Shown here: one piece after another, positions 23,046-35,374 of the stretch
Numbering within the stretch: position 1 is the first letter of the stretch
Layout: the number at the start of each line of letters is the position of its first letter
DNA from: Antechinus flavipes
Lineage: Eukaryota
Reading direction: 5' to 3'
Assembly: GCF_016432865.1 (NCBI RefSeq)
Contig: NC_067400.1
Location: forward strand, 61,070,001 to 61,134,000
DNA: 64,000 nt
Program-made: the position numbers and the translations under genes
Notes under the pieces: model-generated
Database searches by the model: none
Told to the model about the DNA's origin: nothing
What the model saw: only the letters and a program-made list of their open reading frames with translations

Positions 23046-24094
23046 TAGAAGGATGTTGTGGACCTATTGGACAACCTGCAGAGTTATAGTGAGTTTTTGT
23101 GCCTAGACCAAATGGCATAAAACATGTCTTCAATTAAGTTGATAGCATGTGGGAGGAAATGATCCAAACTTTAAGGTAGTATGAATCTGTTGTTGGGAAG
23201 ACCACACAGGGGTGGGGAGTAAAATGGGATATTGGGTTGGGGAGGATCGTATATGGAATATAATGGTTAGGTGATAACAGGAAGACTAAGAAAACCATCT
23301 ATCTTGTAGCTTTCTGTTTTAATTAATTTCTGCTAACTTGTTATCAACCTCAATTGTTTCTATGTTGCAAAAATACTGAAAGTCTAAGTGCTAATTTTAA
23401 GTCCCTGGGACAAAGACCTGATTGATTATCTGTAGTTATAGGTCTCTTGTTCTGTTTAAAATAAATGATGCAGGAAATGAGTAAGAGACTGATGATAATC
23501 ATGGATGAAGCCATAGATGGGACAGGTATTTAGCAGCAGCTCCAGATGTAAAGAATACATTGAATAGTAGGCACTGAACCAACAGCCTAAACCATTGTAT
23601 TACCCTAGACCCCAGATTCCTGGTCACTGGAACATAGTAAGCCCTACTGATCACAATTGAGATTTCTTGAGCAGCAGCTGGGATCATTCCCTCCAAAGCT
23701 GAGTGACTCAGCCTCTCTCCCTCCTGCCTAGATGGAAAAGTATTGACACAGCTTTTTCACTGAAACTAATTCCCATAGGTGAGGAGTATATACCTGAGGC
23801 TATAACCTTGGGTTTGGAACTTTATCACTTTGAAGATGAAATCTTCCCTAACTGCCCTTGCATGGGACATCTACAGAAACAGAGGAAATGTGAGCTCATG
23901 ACAAGCAATAAAAGGCTTCCCTTTCTCTGATAGAAAAACCAGAGTTTGAAGAGATCTGATTCCTAGGAAGTAAAGGCAGGTAAAAGACAAAAGTCATAGC
24001 ATTATTTTGCTCTAGGGCATTGGAAATTTCAACAGAAACATAAAACTCAAAGCATGAAGATCTGGCTATCTCATGTTTGTTAAATGTGACTTCT

Positions 24095-24295
24095 CAGTCA
24101 ACAAACATTTATTTAGCACTTGTTATGTGCCAGGAACTACTAAATATTAGAAATACAAAGAAAGACAAAATTATAGTCTTTGTTCTATGGACCTCCCATT
24201 CCAATGAGGGAAAGAATATACAAGTAATTATGTTTAACAAGGTCTATATAGAATAGACAGGAAGTAATTTCATAGACAAGGGACTAGCATTGAGA
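24095..24295 (-). mobile_element. L2 3' end (antisense)
   Basis: tcaacaaacatttatttagcacttgttatgtgccaggaact...aatacaaagaaagacaaaa... Confidence 0.7.
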
Positions 24296-25431
24296 GATGA
24301 AGATGTTCTTGCAATTCTCTTCTGGCTCTAAATTCTGTGAAATTTGAGATGCAATGAATTTTGAGGTTCCTTTTAGTTCTTTCAATCTTTGCATTTGTTT
24401 GAATCTGTAATGATCCTACTGTGAAGTATAAGTTTCAGTAGAGGTATCTATTTTGGGTCACTCCTGATAATAGCCTTGTTTGTCCAGAGAAATCATGGAT
24501 AGGTGGCAAAAACCTTTTTGAAAGTCCCATTACAGCCATACTCCTGGTATTTGAGGACATAGTGGATTCTGTGATCTCTAACCTATTTAGGTCAATCTTT
24601 AATAACTTGGACTTGCATGAGAGTCATTGGCAGCTTTTAGTCAAATCAAATATATCAGTGTTTATAAGAATGATATAATCAAGAATTAAATCATGTCAGC
24701 TTCTAATGAAGAACTTGTTGGTTAAGGACAGTGATTTGGGCAACTAATTTTTTTTTCCTATGGAGGAAAAATAAATTTCCATTGGCAGTCCATACCCAAG
24801 TAGAAGCAAGGTACTTTGCGTGTATGTAACCAAAGAGGTTTTTAGCCATTATTGATACCCTGTATAATATGAATCAGTGGTATTTGTTTTTTCAGTTTAT
24901 TTCTTAACATTTGATTTCAAAATATTGATTTATTCCCATTGAATTCTGAGGGTTTTTGATTCTTTGCCTGAATCAGGAATGTACTTGATTTGAAAAGAGA
25001 GTCACTGAATTTTTTATGGAAGGTCATTATCCCTCAGACATCTCCTGGAACTTCTGGTATCTTGGTGTTAGGGAAATTTCCAAGCATAGAATGAAGCCAA
25101 TATGCTTTGGAAGGAAATTGGGAATATGGCATAGGATGGTAGCCCATGGAAAGGAGTTTTCCTTTTCTCGGAGAAGATGAATACTACAGAATACCTTTTC
25201 TCTTGTGAAAAAATTTAGAATAGTATCCCCTCTAATAGTAAACTGGTTTTAGAATCCTGGGTCAGATTGCATTTAGAATCACTTTGAACTCTTAGAAAGG
25301 TTCTATATACATCCAGGGATTTTTATGATGTATTTTTAAAATAGCTTTGTAATATCTACATTAGTGCTTTATTCTGTAATCTGTAAATCTGGAAGCTCTG
25401 TTGGCTTTAGGATTAACAGATGGGTGTAGAC

Positions 25432-25640
25432 CAGGGTTTCTCAACTTCTTCCAGTCAGGAACACACCTGGGAACTTTCGAGGACATACCAGCCTACCTCC
25501 TTGCCCTGTAGTCATTTACTAGTCCATTGTGCCGCCAACATGCCACCCTCCTATTAAAATCAAAGGACTAGGAGGACATAATTAGGCTACCTTCACTGTG
25601 CACAGAAATATAAATCCTGTACAGGCTGCAGAACAGTTCA
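25432..25640. mobile_element. Truncated hAT-Charlie-like DNA transposon end
   Basis: TIR-like CAGGGTTTCTCAAC preceded by GTGTAGAC, close to the Charlie NTCTAGAN target site. The second TIR was not found. Confidence 0.35.
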
Positions 25641-26604
25641 GATACAAGTCAATAGGTGACAGACTCTATTTAGCATTTGTTCCAAGATATTTCCTTGTCC
25701 TAACTTGCAAAACTGCCAATTATTAGAGATGTGGGGGTTGAATCCTTTGTGATCTATACAATAGAATCAGTATATGTGAAAACTTTTGAAATAACCTTAA
25801 ATCCAATCTTTTCCCTCTCTTCTCCATTCCTCCCCTTCGTGCTTCCTGTCTCTAAGCCACCCATGTGGCTCAAATTAAAAATCACATACAGTTTTGCTAT
25901 CAAAATTTTGTCCTCAAATTTCAAGGCCTTCCTTGGCATTACTTTCTGATGAATATGAGGGGGGAAAATAATAATAACTTTCCTCCTTGAGCAGCAGGAA
26001 ATACACATTAATCATGGTTATTGGTGCTGACAAGGAATCTGGTTAATTCTGGAACCATTTCTTTTCTTGAGTATAGCTAGATTGTTAAATCTCCATCCAT
26101 CAGTTGTTTTTTTTTTCCTTTCATCTTTTCAGGAAGATAGTTAAGATATCACTGAAACAACTGAATGGTGTTTGAAATTTACCTTACAAACAAGTTAGGT
26201 CTATTTGCTCTGTCCCAGGCCCTTCTCCTTAGTTAAGAACACTTATTGTGGCAGTTAGCTTTAGATCAATCAATTGAGGGAGAGGGAATCTGCTTCCTGA
26301 CAACATTGCATTCCAAAATTCAGCCAAAGATATTTCCCAATTAACCATCTTTGCCACAATAAAAAAATAAGGCCTGAGTGTTTCCAGGAGTTTCCACATG
26401 CAATTTAAAGCTAGTTGTTGCAGGTGTAGTTAGTAAAACTCAAAAGAAGCCATTATGTTCTTGAAAGATCTTTAAATTATGTGTATATGTTTAATTTTAA
26501 ATTAAAATTTTATGCACTTGAAACAGTAGATCTCATAATATCCTTGAAGTAAATCTTAGTATTCCAAATCAGCTATTGGCTTTGAAAGCAGATATGCAAA
26601 ATCT

Positions 26605-26841
26605 GGGTAGCTAGATGGTACAGTGTATCTACTAGTGCTATATCCAGAATCAGGAAAACCTATCTTCCTGAGTTCAAATCTGACCTTGGACATGCTGGCA
26701 AATAATTTAACTGTGTTTATCTCTATTTCCCCATCTATAAAATGGGAATCCTGGGAAAGGAAATGGCATATACTCCAGTATCTTTGCCAAGAAAATCCAA
26801 ACTGAGGTCATAGAGAGTTGGAAATGACTGAACAACAACAA
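26605..26841 (+). mobile_element. Mar-1-type CORE-SINE with RTE/Bov-B tail
   Basis: tRNA head with tcttcctgagttcaaatctgacc, CORE, and tail ggaaatggcatatactccagtatctttgccaagaaaatcc...gactgaacaacaacaa. Confidence 0.85.
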
Positions 26842-27744
26842 TGCATAAATCTTGTAAACTTGAGCCTTCCAGGATGACCCTGGAAGGCTTTTCTGACAGA
26901 AGGCTTTTCTTTCTTTCTTTCTTTCTTTCTTTTTTTTTTTTTTTTGTCTCCACATATTAAAATCATCTGATTTGATGTCATTTTCAAGGAGGCAGGAATT
27001 TTGCTCAGATGAGGTTCATCATTTAAAAATATATATCTTATCTTTATCTTGATAGGAAGAAGATTTGTCTTAAGATGGGGTAGCATTAGTACTAAGGATA
27101 GATACTATTTCTCTTGAGTCAAGTTGAAATGTTCATTTTGAATCTTTGGTTTTTCCATTTCTATTTGCCATTATTATAGAATTCCCACCTTGCCAGAGAC
27201 AGATTGACCGGCGTTTCAGTAACGAAATTGTACAATGGGGAAGACCTTTGAAAGAGGATTTAGAGTCCAACGAGTGTTTTTCTCCTAGAACTTACAAAGT
27301 ATGTAAGGATTTTGCAAGTAGAAACAGGTTTAATGCTTTGAAGAATGTAAGAAATGATCAATATTTTAGACACATGAAGGAGTTAAGTTAATCTAGAAAA
27401 GAATATTGAAGCTAAATGGATAAACATTTTACAACTGGACTTTTAAGATCTAGGCTAACTAAAAAAGCAGTGTCAGGATTATTTTGCTATTTTTTCCAGT
27501 TCACATTTTTTGTAGTTGTTTATTTCTTTTCTATTATTGTTTGTTTTTGTTTGTTTGTTTTAGTAATCACTCCAAGCCAAGGCCTTGAGTCTAATTAGAG
27601 ATAATGGAATGGTGTGTTAAGCATTCATATTTGTTCTTCTCTGTAAGCAATTCTTTTTTGACTCTACATTCACAAGGGACTTTGGGGGATGGCAGGATGA
27701 CATGATGAAGTCAGCTGTGACATTATTGGATTGTTGTATATGTG

Positions 27745-27862
27745 GAAAAATATATATATTAATGTTGTGTTCTATAATTATATTATAAAAATATATATAA
27801 AATTATAAAATATATAAAAAAATAAAAAAATAATAAAAAAATATATAAAAATATATATATAT
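27745..27862. repeat. AT-only low-complexity tract
   Basis: aaaaatatatatatt...tataaaaatatatataaaattataaaatatataaaa. Confidence 0.85.
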
Positions 27863-28064
27863 TGTGTTACAATGTGTTCATCTATGAGCCTGAGAGAGTC
27901 ATGTAACCTCTGATGGCTTATTGTAAATTGTAGATATGCATTGATAAAAGAATTCCCTACACTGCTGAAATTATAGCTTTGGACCTAAATTAAAAAAAAA
28001 AAAGGCAAATATTCCTTTCTTACATCATAATGCAGTTGGAAAAATACATTAGTATTCCCTTTGA

Positions 28065-28545
28065 TTTAGCAAACACTTGTTTACATCTGCTATGTGCAAG
28101 ATGTTGTGTTAGGCTGGGATTACAAAGAGAAAATTAAAATATTCCCTGTCCTCAAAAAGTTTTCTGAGGGGATCAAGGAAGTTTACTCAGAGAAGGCAGC
28201 ACCAGAAGGAAGAGAAAAATTCTGGGAAGGGGAGTACTTTTCAGTCTGGGTGATTAATAGGTAGGGAAGACTTTCCTTGTGAGAACTTAGGGAGAGGGAA
28301 TGTTTGGGATACAGCCAATGATGGAATTTGGCTACAATACATCCTGTGTGGGCGAGGGGAAGTAGTCTGAAATAAAGCCAGAATGGTAAATTGGAGTCAT
28401 ACTGTGGCAGGTCTTGGCTACTAGACCATAGTTTTCACTTTGCCTTGGAGGCAGTAGGGAGCCATCTATAGTTTTTGAGCAGGAGGGGAATAACCATTTT
28501 ATGGTGAATGGATTATAATGGTGAAACACTGGAGAAAGGGGTCAG
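28065..28545 (-). mobile_element. L2 LINE 3' region (antisense)
   Basis: gcaaacacttgtttacatctgctatgtgcaag...gccttggaggcagtagggagccatctatagtttttgagcaggagggga. Confidence 0.7.
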
Positions 28546-29185
28546 ATAAATTTTTATTAGTCTAGTTCCAATGATGTTGGTTTTTCTTTATGTCACTGGT
28601 CAAATCTTGCTTCCCCTAATATAACTGGTTTTTAAAAGGCCCATTAACACAGTGTCTCTTACTCATCCTTGTAGTACCTTCTGTGGCTGCAAATCTTTCC
28701 CTTAGGAGGCACTTCATAAATTCCAATTGAGTTCATCAGGTGCATTAAATGATAAGGGTGGACCCCAGTCTTGTTTCCAATTTGTTCATAGGAAGAAATC
28801 TTGTGGTGTAATATGAAGGATGCTAGATTTGGCTTTCAAAACTCTGAGTCTTCTATATGTGTACTAGATATTTGCATAATAACACTGGGGAAGGCACCTT
28901 TCCTTTTGGGAGAACTCATTTTTCCTTATCTGTTAAACATGGCATTGGGTTACATGAACTTTAAAGATCCTTCTATCTCTAAATTTTTTGGTTCAATATA
29001 AGAAAAGGGTTTTCAATTTCTGAGGTCCCCGAAGAAACACATTTACAAATAATAAGTAGTATGCATTCTGTTTTTGGTTGACCAAAAAATACTAGTTTAC
29101 AGAGGTGAGAGGTCTCTAACATCTGGTTTAATTTTTTTCCCTTCATGACCCCAGAGGGCGTAGAAATGTCCCTTATAATATAAAA

Positions 29186-29360
29186 CAAAGCTTCTTAAAC
29201 TGTGGGTTGCCTCAGAACTGAAAAGAGGGGTTGTGAAATTATGATTTATTATCAGTAAATGTTTGACTTGTATACCTATTTTATAAACTTATATGCCCAG
29301 GGTTGTATAACAGTTTCTTAGGCAAAAAGGGATCACTAATAGAAAAAGTTTTAAGTCCTA
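29186..29360 (+). mobile_element. Marsupial hAT-type MITE, copy 1
   Basis: caaagcttcttaaactgtgggttg...aaattatgatttattatcagtaaatgtttga...aaaaagttttaagtccta. Ends are degenerate inverted repeats. Homologous to 40336-40530. Confidence 0.75.
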
Positions 29361-32300
29361 CTCTTCTCAGCCTCTGAGCTCTCTTCCCACCCAGGGCTGA
29401 GCAAAGAGAAGCCGGATCCATTCCTGGCAGTTTTTGTTGATGATTGCTCCACACCTGGGAGAATACCTGAGGATATACATGCCCCTAATCACGGCCACAT
29501 TTTCTAATGGGAGGGGAGCGACTTTCTGGGTACTAAATAGTACCCAAGAATTCTTGATGTCATTTATTGCTAATTTGTACTCTTTTTAATCTCCTCTTCC
29601 CCTTTTTTTTTTTGGTGAAGAATTTCCCTAGGCAGACTGACAACTCACACCCAAGTGTAAGGACTTAGACAAGATGAGAGGTTGAAATGAACTTTATAGT
29701 ATGTATCCACACATTGTATATATGCAAGGCAGCATTAGAATCTAGTATTTCTTGACTCCAGAGACAGATTTGAATCCAGTAATATGTCTCTGTCTTTCAT
29801 TTGACCTTCTTTAAACTCAATCATTCATGGTCTTGTTAGATATTAAGGTCACCATCCACATTGTGGCTCATGCCCAATGTTATTGTGAATGGAAGTTACA
29901 GCATGGCCATTCTCTCCCCTTACCTAAACTAACATATGAATCAGCCCTGTTGCCATATTGTTTGTCCTGAAAAATAACAGCTGATGGGGACTTGCTGAGG
30001 CATGTACCATAAGAAATGAAATGACATTGCACATAAGATGTTTGGATCTTTGCCCCATTTTTTTTTTAAAGGAGGAAAAAAAGGAGGGGATATGGTACTA
30101 ATCATCAGCTTGGGTAACAGTGTTCTTTGTTCCAAGTCTAATGAGATCTGATTCCCACAAGAATTATGATTTATTACCTGTTTGTACTGGGATGTTTGCT
30201 TTTGGTGTTTATTATCTTCATCTTTAGTTAATATAACATTTGACATAATTTTACTTTTTAAAAAAATCCATTTTTTGTCACATAAATAGCAACTGTGCAA
30301 GCAAGTACTTATGTAGGGACTGAAACATGAGGCATCCTGGATTACTTCTTCTGGTACTGATATTCTGTCTTCAGATTAAGGCAGACAGAAGCAGTATTTG
30401 TGGCCAAGTAAGATATATTACTTAGAAATTGAACTCTTCCATAGCAAGGTGCCCCAAAGTCAATCTTTGCTCTGCATTGCTAGCAATTTCATATGTTCTA
30501 CACAGTGCTAAGTACATAGCCACTCCTGAATATTGTCAATTTAAATAATAATCTGAGCCAATTTTGCCCTAGCGATATTAAGGATCTCCCCAAATAGTTT
30601 CTTTTGGTTTCCACATTTGCCTCTTGAAAAGAAAAAAAAAAAATTGAGGTCCCCTGGGAAAGTATCTGCAGTTAGAATAATATGTGGTTACCTTTTGAGA
30701 AATTGAGATGTGTGTGGGGCAAGGCTCCCTTCACAATGCAAACTCAGGTTAGAAGCTGGCCTGCAATAACGAACACCTACTTTCTTTCCAGCTACAAGAT
30801 TTGTTTGTATTTTGTCCTTGTCCCTCTTATATGTTTCAGAGAATATGTAGACTTAGTTGGCTACAAATCGACATCAGGGGTGTTTATGTATATAGAGAGT
30901 TGCCAACCCTTGAGGACTGGGGGAATATTTCCAGAATCTACAATCTGTGGTGATGAGAGGAAGCTGTCTGCTCAGTTTCCCTTCTGTGCTTTATGGAGTG
31001 TTGACCATTGCCTTCAACCCTCTCTCTCCATAGTCCTCTTCAGGTCTAGGAGAAAAACTAGGTTTCCTCACCAGCTGGACACAGTAGCCCTGTTCTTTTA
31101 ACTTCTTTCCTTCCTTTCCCAGGGGACCTCAATTTTTTTTTTCTTTTCAAGAGGCAAGAAAACCCTTATTTGCTTGAGGTCAAAACGTTAAGCAATTAAA
31201 ACACAGGAGGCTGAAAATTCTGACTTGCCCCTTTGTCTAGATTAACATGTCTCTGGATATATCTGTGACAGAGACAGACAGAACACTTTTATGGTTGTGA
31301 GGGGATTTTTAAAAAGCACCTTTTAAAAGCCTGCCATGGCAGTATATTAGCTCGGAGTTGGAAGGGTCAAAGGATTAGAGAACCTGGGATAAGGAAAGTC
31401 AAGGGCAAGAATAAAGCAGAGAAAGATGGCTGGAGATGATTTGAAAGGGAGTGGAAAAGGATAATTTTTCTGCTACTTTATGAAAAACAAATAATCCTTA
31501 AGGTTCTGTATAAATGTGAGCTATAAGTATAGACTTGTGATTTATCTGTTTAGGAACTCTTAGTATGGAAATTGTCCCCCAGTGAAGATTAACATTGAGG
31601 CAAGAGTTTCTTGAGCAATGGGTATCCTGGAGTATCCAGTGCAGGATTTGAGGTCTTCCTGGTGCCATTTTTCCACTTCCCCCTCCTCCTCTTCTTCATC
31701 ATGATCTTCATTTTTAACATTATTATTTAAATTTCCATTTTACAATACTCTTCTCTGGCAAATCCTTGACCATTTGGCATATATTTGGTATAAATTATGG
31801 TATATAATACCATAAATCCTATATGTCTTGTATAGAGTTTTGCTCACTTGCTTCTTTGCAGCTGCATTATATTTCTCTCAAAGGACACAACTGCCCTTTC
31901 AGAGGATTTTGCTATAAAAGGTCAAGAGAGCTAAGGTGGGGCAGTGTGAGAAATTCTTTAACAATATGTGTGTGTTTCCCCAACCTATCTACAAGACTGA
32001 CATTTATGTATTGCACTGTTTGTGTTGAGGTGGCCATTTATTTCCAAGCTGAGAATTGGTCCACCTTCCTAATAAGAATATTTGTGCAGGACAATTTTCC
32101 AGAATAGAGGCAACAGTGTCCTGATCTCTTTTAAACATTCCAGGTCAGGGCAGCTAACTTTTTGTGTGTACCCAGGTCCTTGAAACTTTTTTTCTCTTTT
32201 ACCTTGTGTGTTTACCTGAGTGAATGAATTCCCCTGTAAGACAGATAGGTTTGCTCTCTCACCTAAGATTGCCTTATCAGGCATTTTTGGGGGATTACAG

Positions 32301-33689
32301 CTCTCGATATGAGGAATCTCGTTTCATTTACACAAGAGACAGAGCAGAGCAACCGGCCTGTGTGTTTTAAACAACAGATAAGGTTTTTGTGTGTGTCTTA
32401 TAAACAAGCTTGATGTGTGAATGACTTTCTTTGTCTCTCAACTCCTGAGCCAAAGTAATTGGGTTGGCAGAGATTCCTGGATCATTTGGGACCTGTCTCT
32501 ACTAGCTTTGTTTTACAATGTCTCTAGACTCAGGATAACGTTCATCTCTATTATTTCACCAGATTGGGATTCTGATTGCAGAATTGAGAAAAAGATTGTG
32601 TAGGACACCCCCAAATGTCTTGTGGTTAGTTCTTTTGAGTTGATCTCCAAAAGTAATTCAAATTTGAACTCAAAATAAATTCAGGTTTGTAGTGACTGCT
32701 ACAATCCAGGTTTCCTTCGTGCCTCTAGTGTACAAATGGCAGTGACATAAACAAGGGGACATCTCAAAATAGAACTCCTGAAAAGGCCAGGATACCTTTC
32801 AAGGAGCTCTTTGTGTAAAGTGCTTCATTGTGAACCAAAAAGCTTTTTTTAAGTACCTACTATAAGGAAGGATCTGTGTTAAGCACTATGTAATCAAAGG
32901 CAAAAGTAACAACAATTAGTAGAGGCCTGCTTTGAAGGATATATGTTCTTTTTTACATTAAAGTTGAATCTTTCTGTTATTGTGATTTGTATTTCTTCAT
33001 TATGTTGAGAGTCAAATGAGATACTGTTTTTAAAGGGCTTAGAACAGTTCCTGGTACATAGTAGGCAGTTCATAAATATTTGTTTCCATTTCCCTTCCCA
33101 TCTTCCTCTAAAATATCAAATATAAGATTACATGTTTCTCCAAAAGATATCCTATATGTGTTTGTTTTGTTTTGATGTTTTTGTTGTTGTGTTTTAAGGG
33201 TTTATTTTTTCTATAAAAACAGACATCAAAATGTCCTGAACCCAAATATATGGGTTCCATAAATCTATTTCAAGCACCCTAATGTTCTCATGGTCAAATT
33301 AATTTGGGAAGTACAGCTCTAGATGATCAGTTTATTTCATTATATAAGAGCCAGTTAAGTCTCAATGCCCCATAGGTCAAAAAATCCATTTCTGTAATTT
33401 GACATATGCTGAAGGAAATTTATTTTTTCTCTAAGTTTCCATGAACCTAAATAGGAAGTTTCACTTGAGGCTTAAAGTTATGTTACATTTAAATTACATA
33501 GACCAGAGACCTGTCATGAGTATGATTTGCCTTTGAGCTATTTAGAAAGCTGAAATATTTGATAAGTTCATCTCATTTCTATAATCTATTTTGTCATATT
33601 ATCTTATGAAATAGAGAATTCCATCTGTGTGAGCAGTTTGCTGAGCACTTAAAAATTAAAATAAATTCACAGAATCATAATTAGAGAGG

Positions 33690-34135
33690 AATTTTGAGTT
33701 CACACAAGACAACTAGTACTTGAGACACTACCCTACAGTACATACTAGAAAGAACCTATCCAGCATTTTTTCACAATCTTCTAGGGAATAGGAACCTACT
33801 ATATAACCTGAGGCAATCCATTCTACTTTTGAGTAACTCTAATTATTTGGAAGTTTTTCTTCCAATTCCTGATATAACTCTCCCAGTTTCTTGTAGTTCT
33901 GTCTTCTGAGGCTAAGCAGAATGAGTCTAATGCTTTTTGTTTTGTTTAGTTTGTTATATGTCAGCTTTTTGGATACTGGAAGACCACCATATTCTGTATC
34001 CTCTAAGTTTTCTATCCTCTAAATACTCATCTACTATTTGGGCCCTTCACCAAGCTGGCTGTCCAGATCTGAATATGTCTTAAACATAGTACTTCAGATG
34101 TGATCTGTCCAGGATAGACTATAGTGAGAATAATG
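33690..34135 (-). mobile_element. L3/CR1 LINE fragment (antisense)
   Basis: gaggcaatccattctacttttgagtaactctaattatttggaagttttt...gtacttcagatgtgatctgtccaggatagactatagtgaga. Confidence 0.65.
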
Positions 34136-34186
34136 AATGGAAGATTTAGAGAGAATTTTTAAAAATAGACTTGATATAAAGAAGGA

Positions 34187-34410
34187 GGCAGCTACTGATT
34201 CAGAGGATAGAGTGTTGAACCTGGAGTCAGGAAGACTCATCTTCCTGAGTTCAAATCTGACCTCAGACACTTATGAGCTATGTGACCCTAAGCAAATCAC
34301 TTGGCCTCCACTTGGTTAATCCACTAGAGAAAGAAATGGCAACCCATTCCAGTATTTTTTTTTTTTTAAGAAAACCCCACAAGAGTTGAACATGACTGAA
34401 TAAAATAAGA
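34187..34410 (+). mobile_element. Mar-1-type CORE-SINE with RTE tail
   Basis: ggcagct...ctggagtcaggaagactcatcttcctgagttcaaatctgacctcagacac...gaaatggcaacccattccagtat...aagaaaacccc...catgactgaa. Confidence 0.85.
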
Positions 34411-34413
34411 AAA

Positions 34414-34590
34414 ACGTTTTCTAACAATTGAATTCATCGAAATATAAAACGGGCTCTTTCAAAAAGCTAAGGGTTCCTGATCATTAAAGGTCTTTATGCA
34501 AAGGCTATCATATACCTCTTAAGTATATGGTAGAGAGTTTTCCTGTGCAGATGTGGGTTGGACTAGGCAGCACTGGATTTCAATTCAGAG
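34414..34590 (+). mobile_element. L3/CR1 3' terminal fragment
   Basis: ttttctaacaattg...ggttcctgatcattaaaggtc...gggttggactag. Confidence 0.55.
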
Positions 34591-35374
34591 GTCTCTTCAT
34601 GTTGATTCACCTCCTTAGGCCTACTTATTCTTTTTTTTAGGATAGTTCTAGATCCCATTATCTTTCTGGGCAAGTGCATTATATTATTTTGTGGAGTCTA
34701 AGATGTGACTTTTAATTTTTGTTAGCTGTTTTCAAATAGTTATTCATGCCTTTATCTTTTAAATAATCAGTATAACTGAGAAAACAATTGAAAATATTTT
34801 AAATGTCATGTAAGCATGATTTAAATTCTCTTTATTGCTGTTCCGTTTTTGTCACACTGTTTTATAAAGACATGATTTGCATATAAACATGCATTCACTT
34901 TTACTTCATTGTCAGTGTCCATACAGTGTTATTAATGCAAATAATACATTAATGGCCCTTAATATGATTGAAAATTTTGAGAATACCACAAGCATATTTC
35001 TCATGGATTTCCTATTTCAAGCTTCTCGAGGAGCTAGAAGATTTTCTTTTTAATGCTTACATGAATTTTAACAATCATACAAATTATGAAAGGTAATTTA
35101 CCACCATGCTTGTCTATCCAAGTCCTCTCTAAGTGAATTGGATTTATACAGGAAATTATTATGTGTGTTTTTTCAAGTGGCATTTGTTTTTACCTGAAGT
35201 ACAAAATTTGTTTTCATACCTCTAATTTTAGCTTGTTATTGATATGCTGAAATTTAACTGTTCTTATTGACCATCAAAATGCAACTGAAAATCTATTGAA
35301 TTTTGTAGTAAAAACAATAACAACAAAACTGTTTGTTATATTGTATGGAAGGTCAATAATCTAAAAAGCATTAA

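Noticed and set aside
29143-29161. CTCF-like gaccccagagggcg
   Set aside because: It mismatches two core positions of the CCASYAGRKGGCR consensus, too weak to call without data.
30682-31101. 139-aa ORF with an internal acceptor at 30839
   Set aside because: No family resemblance. In EPHA4 phase the acceptor gives E-N-M-stop and there is no convincing donor.
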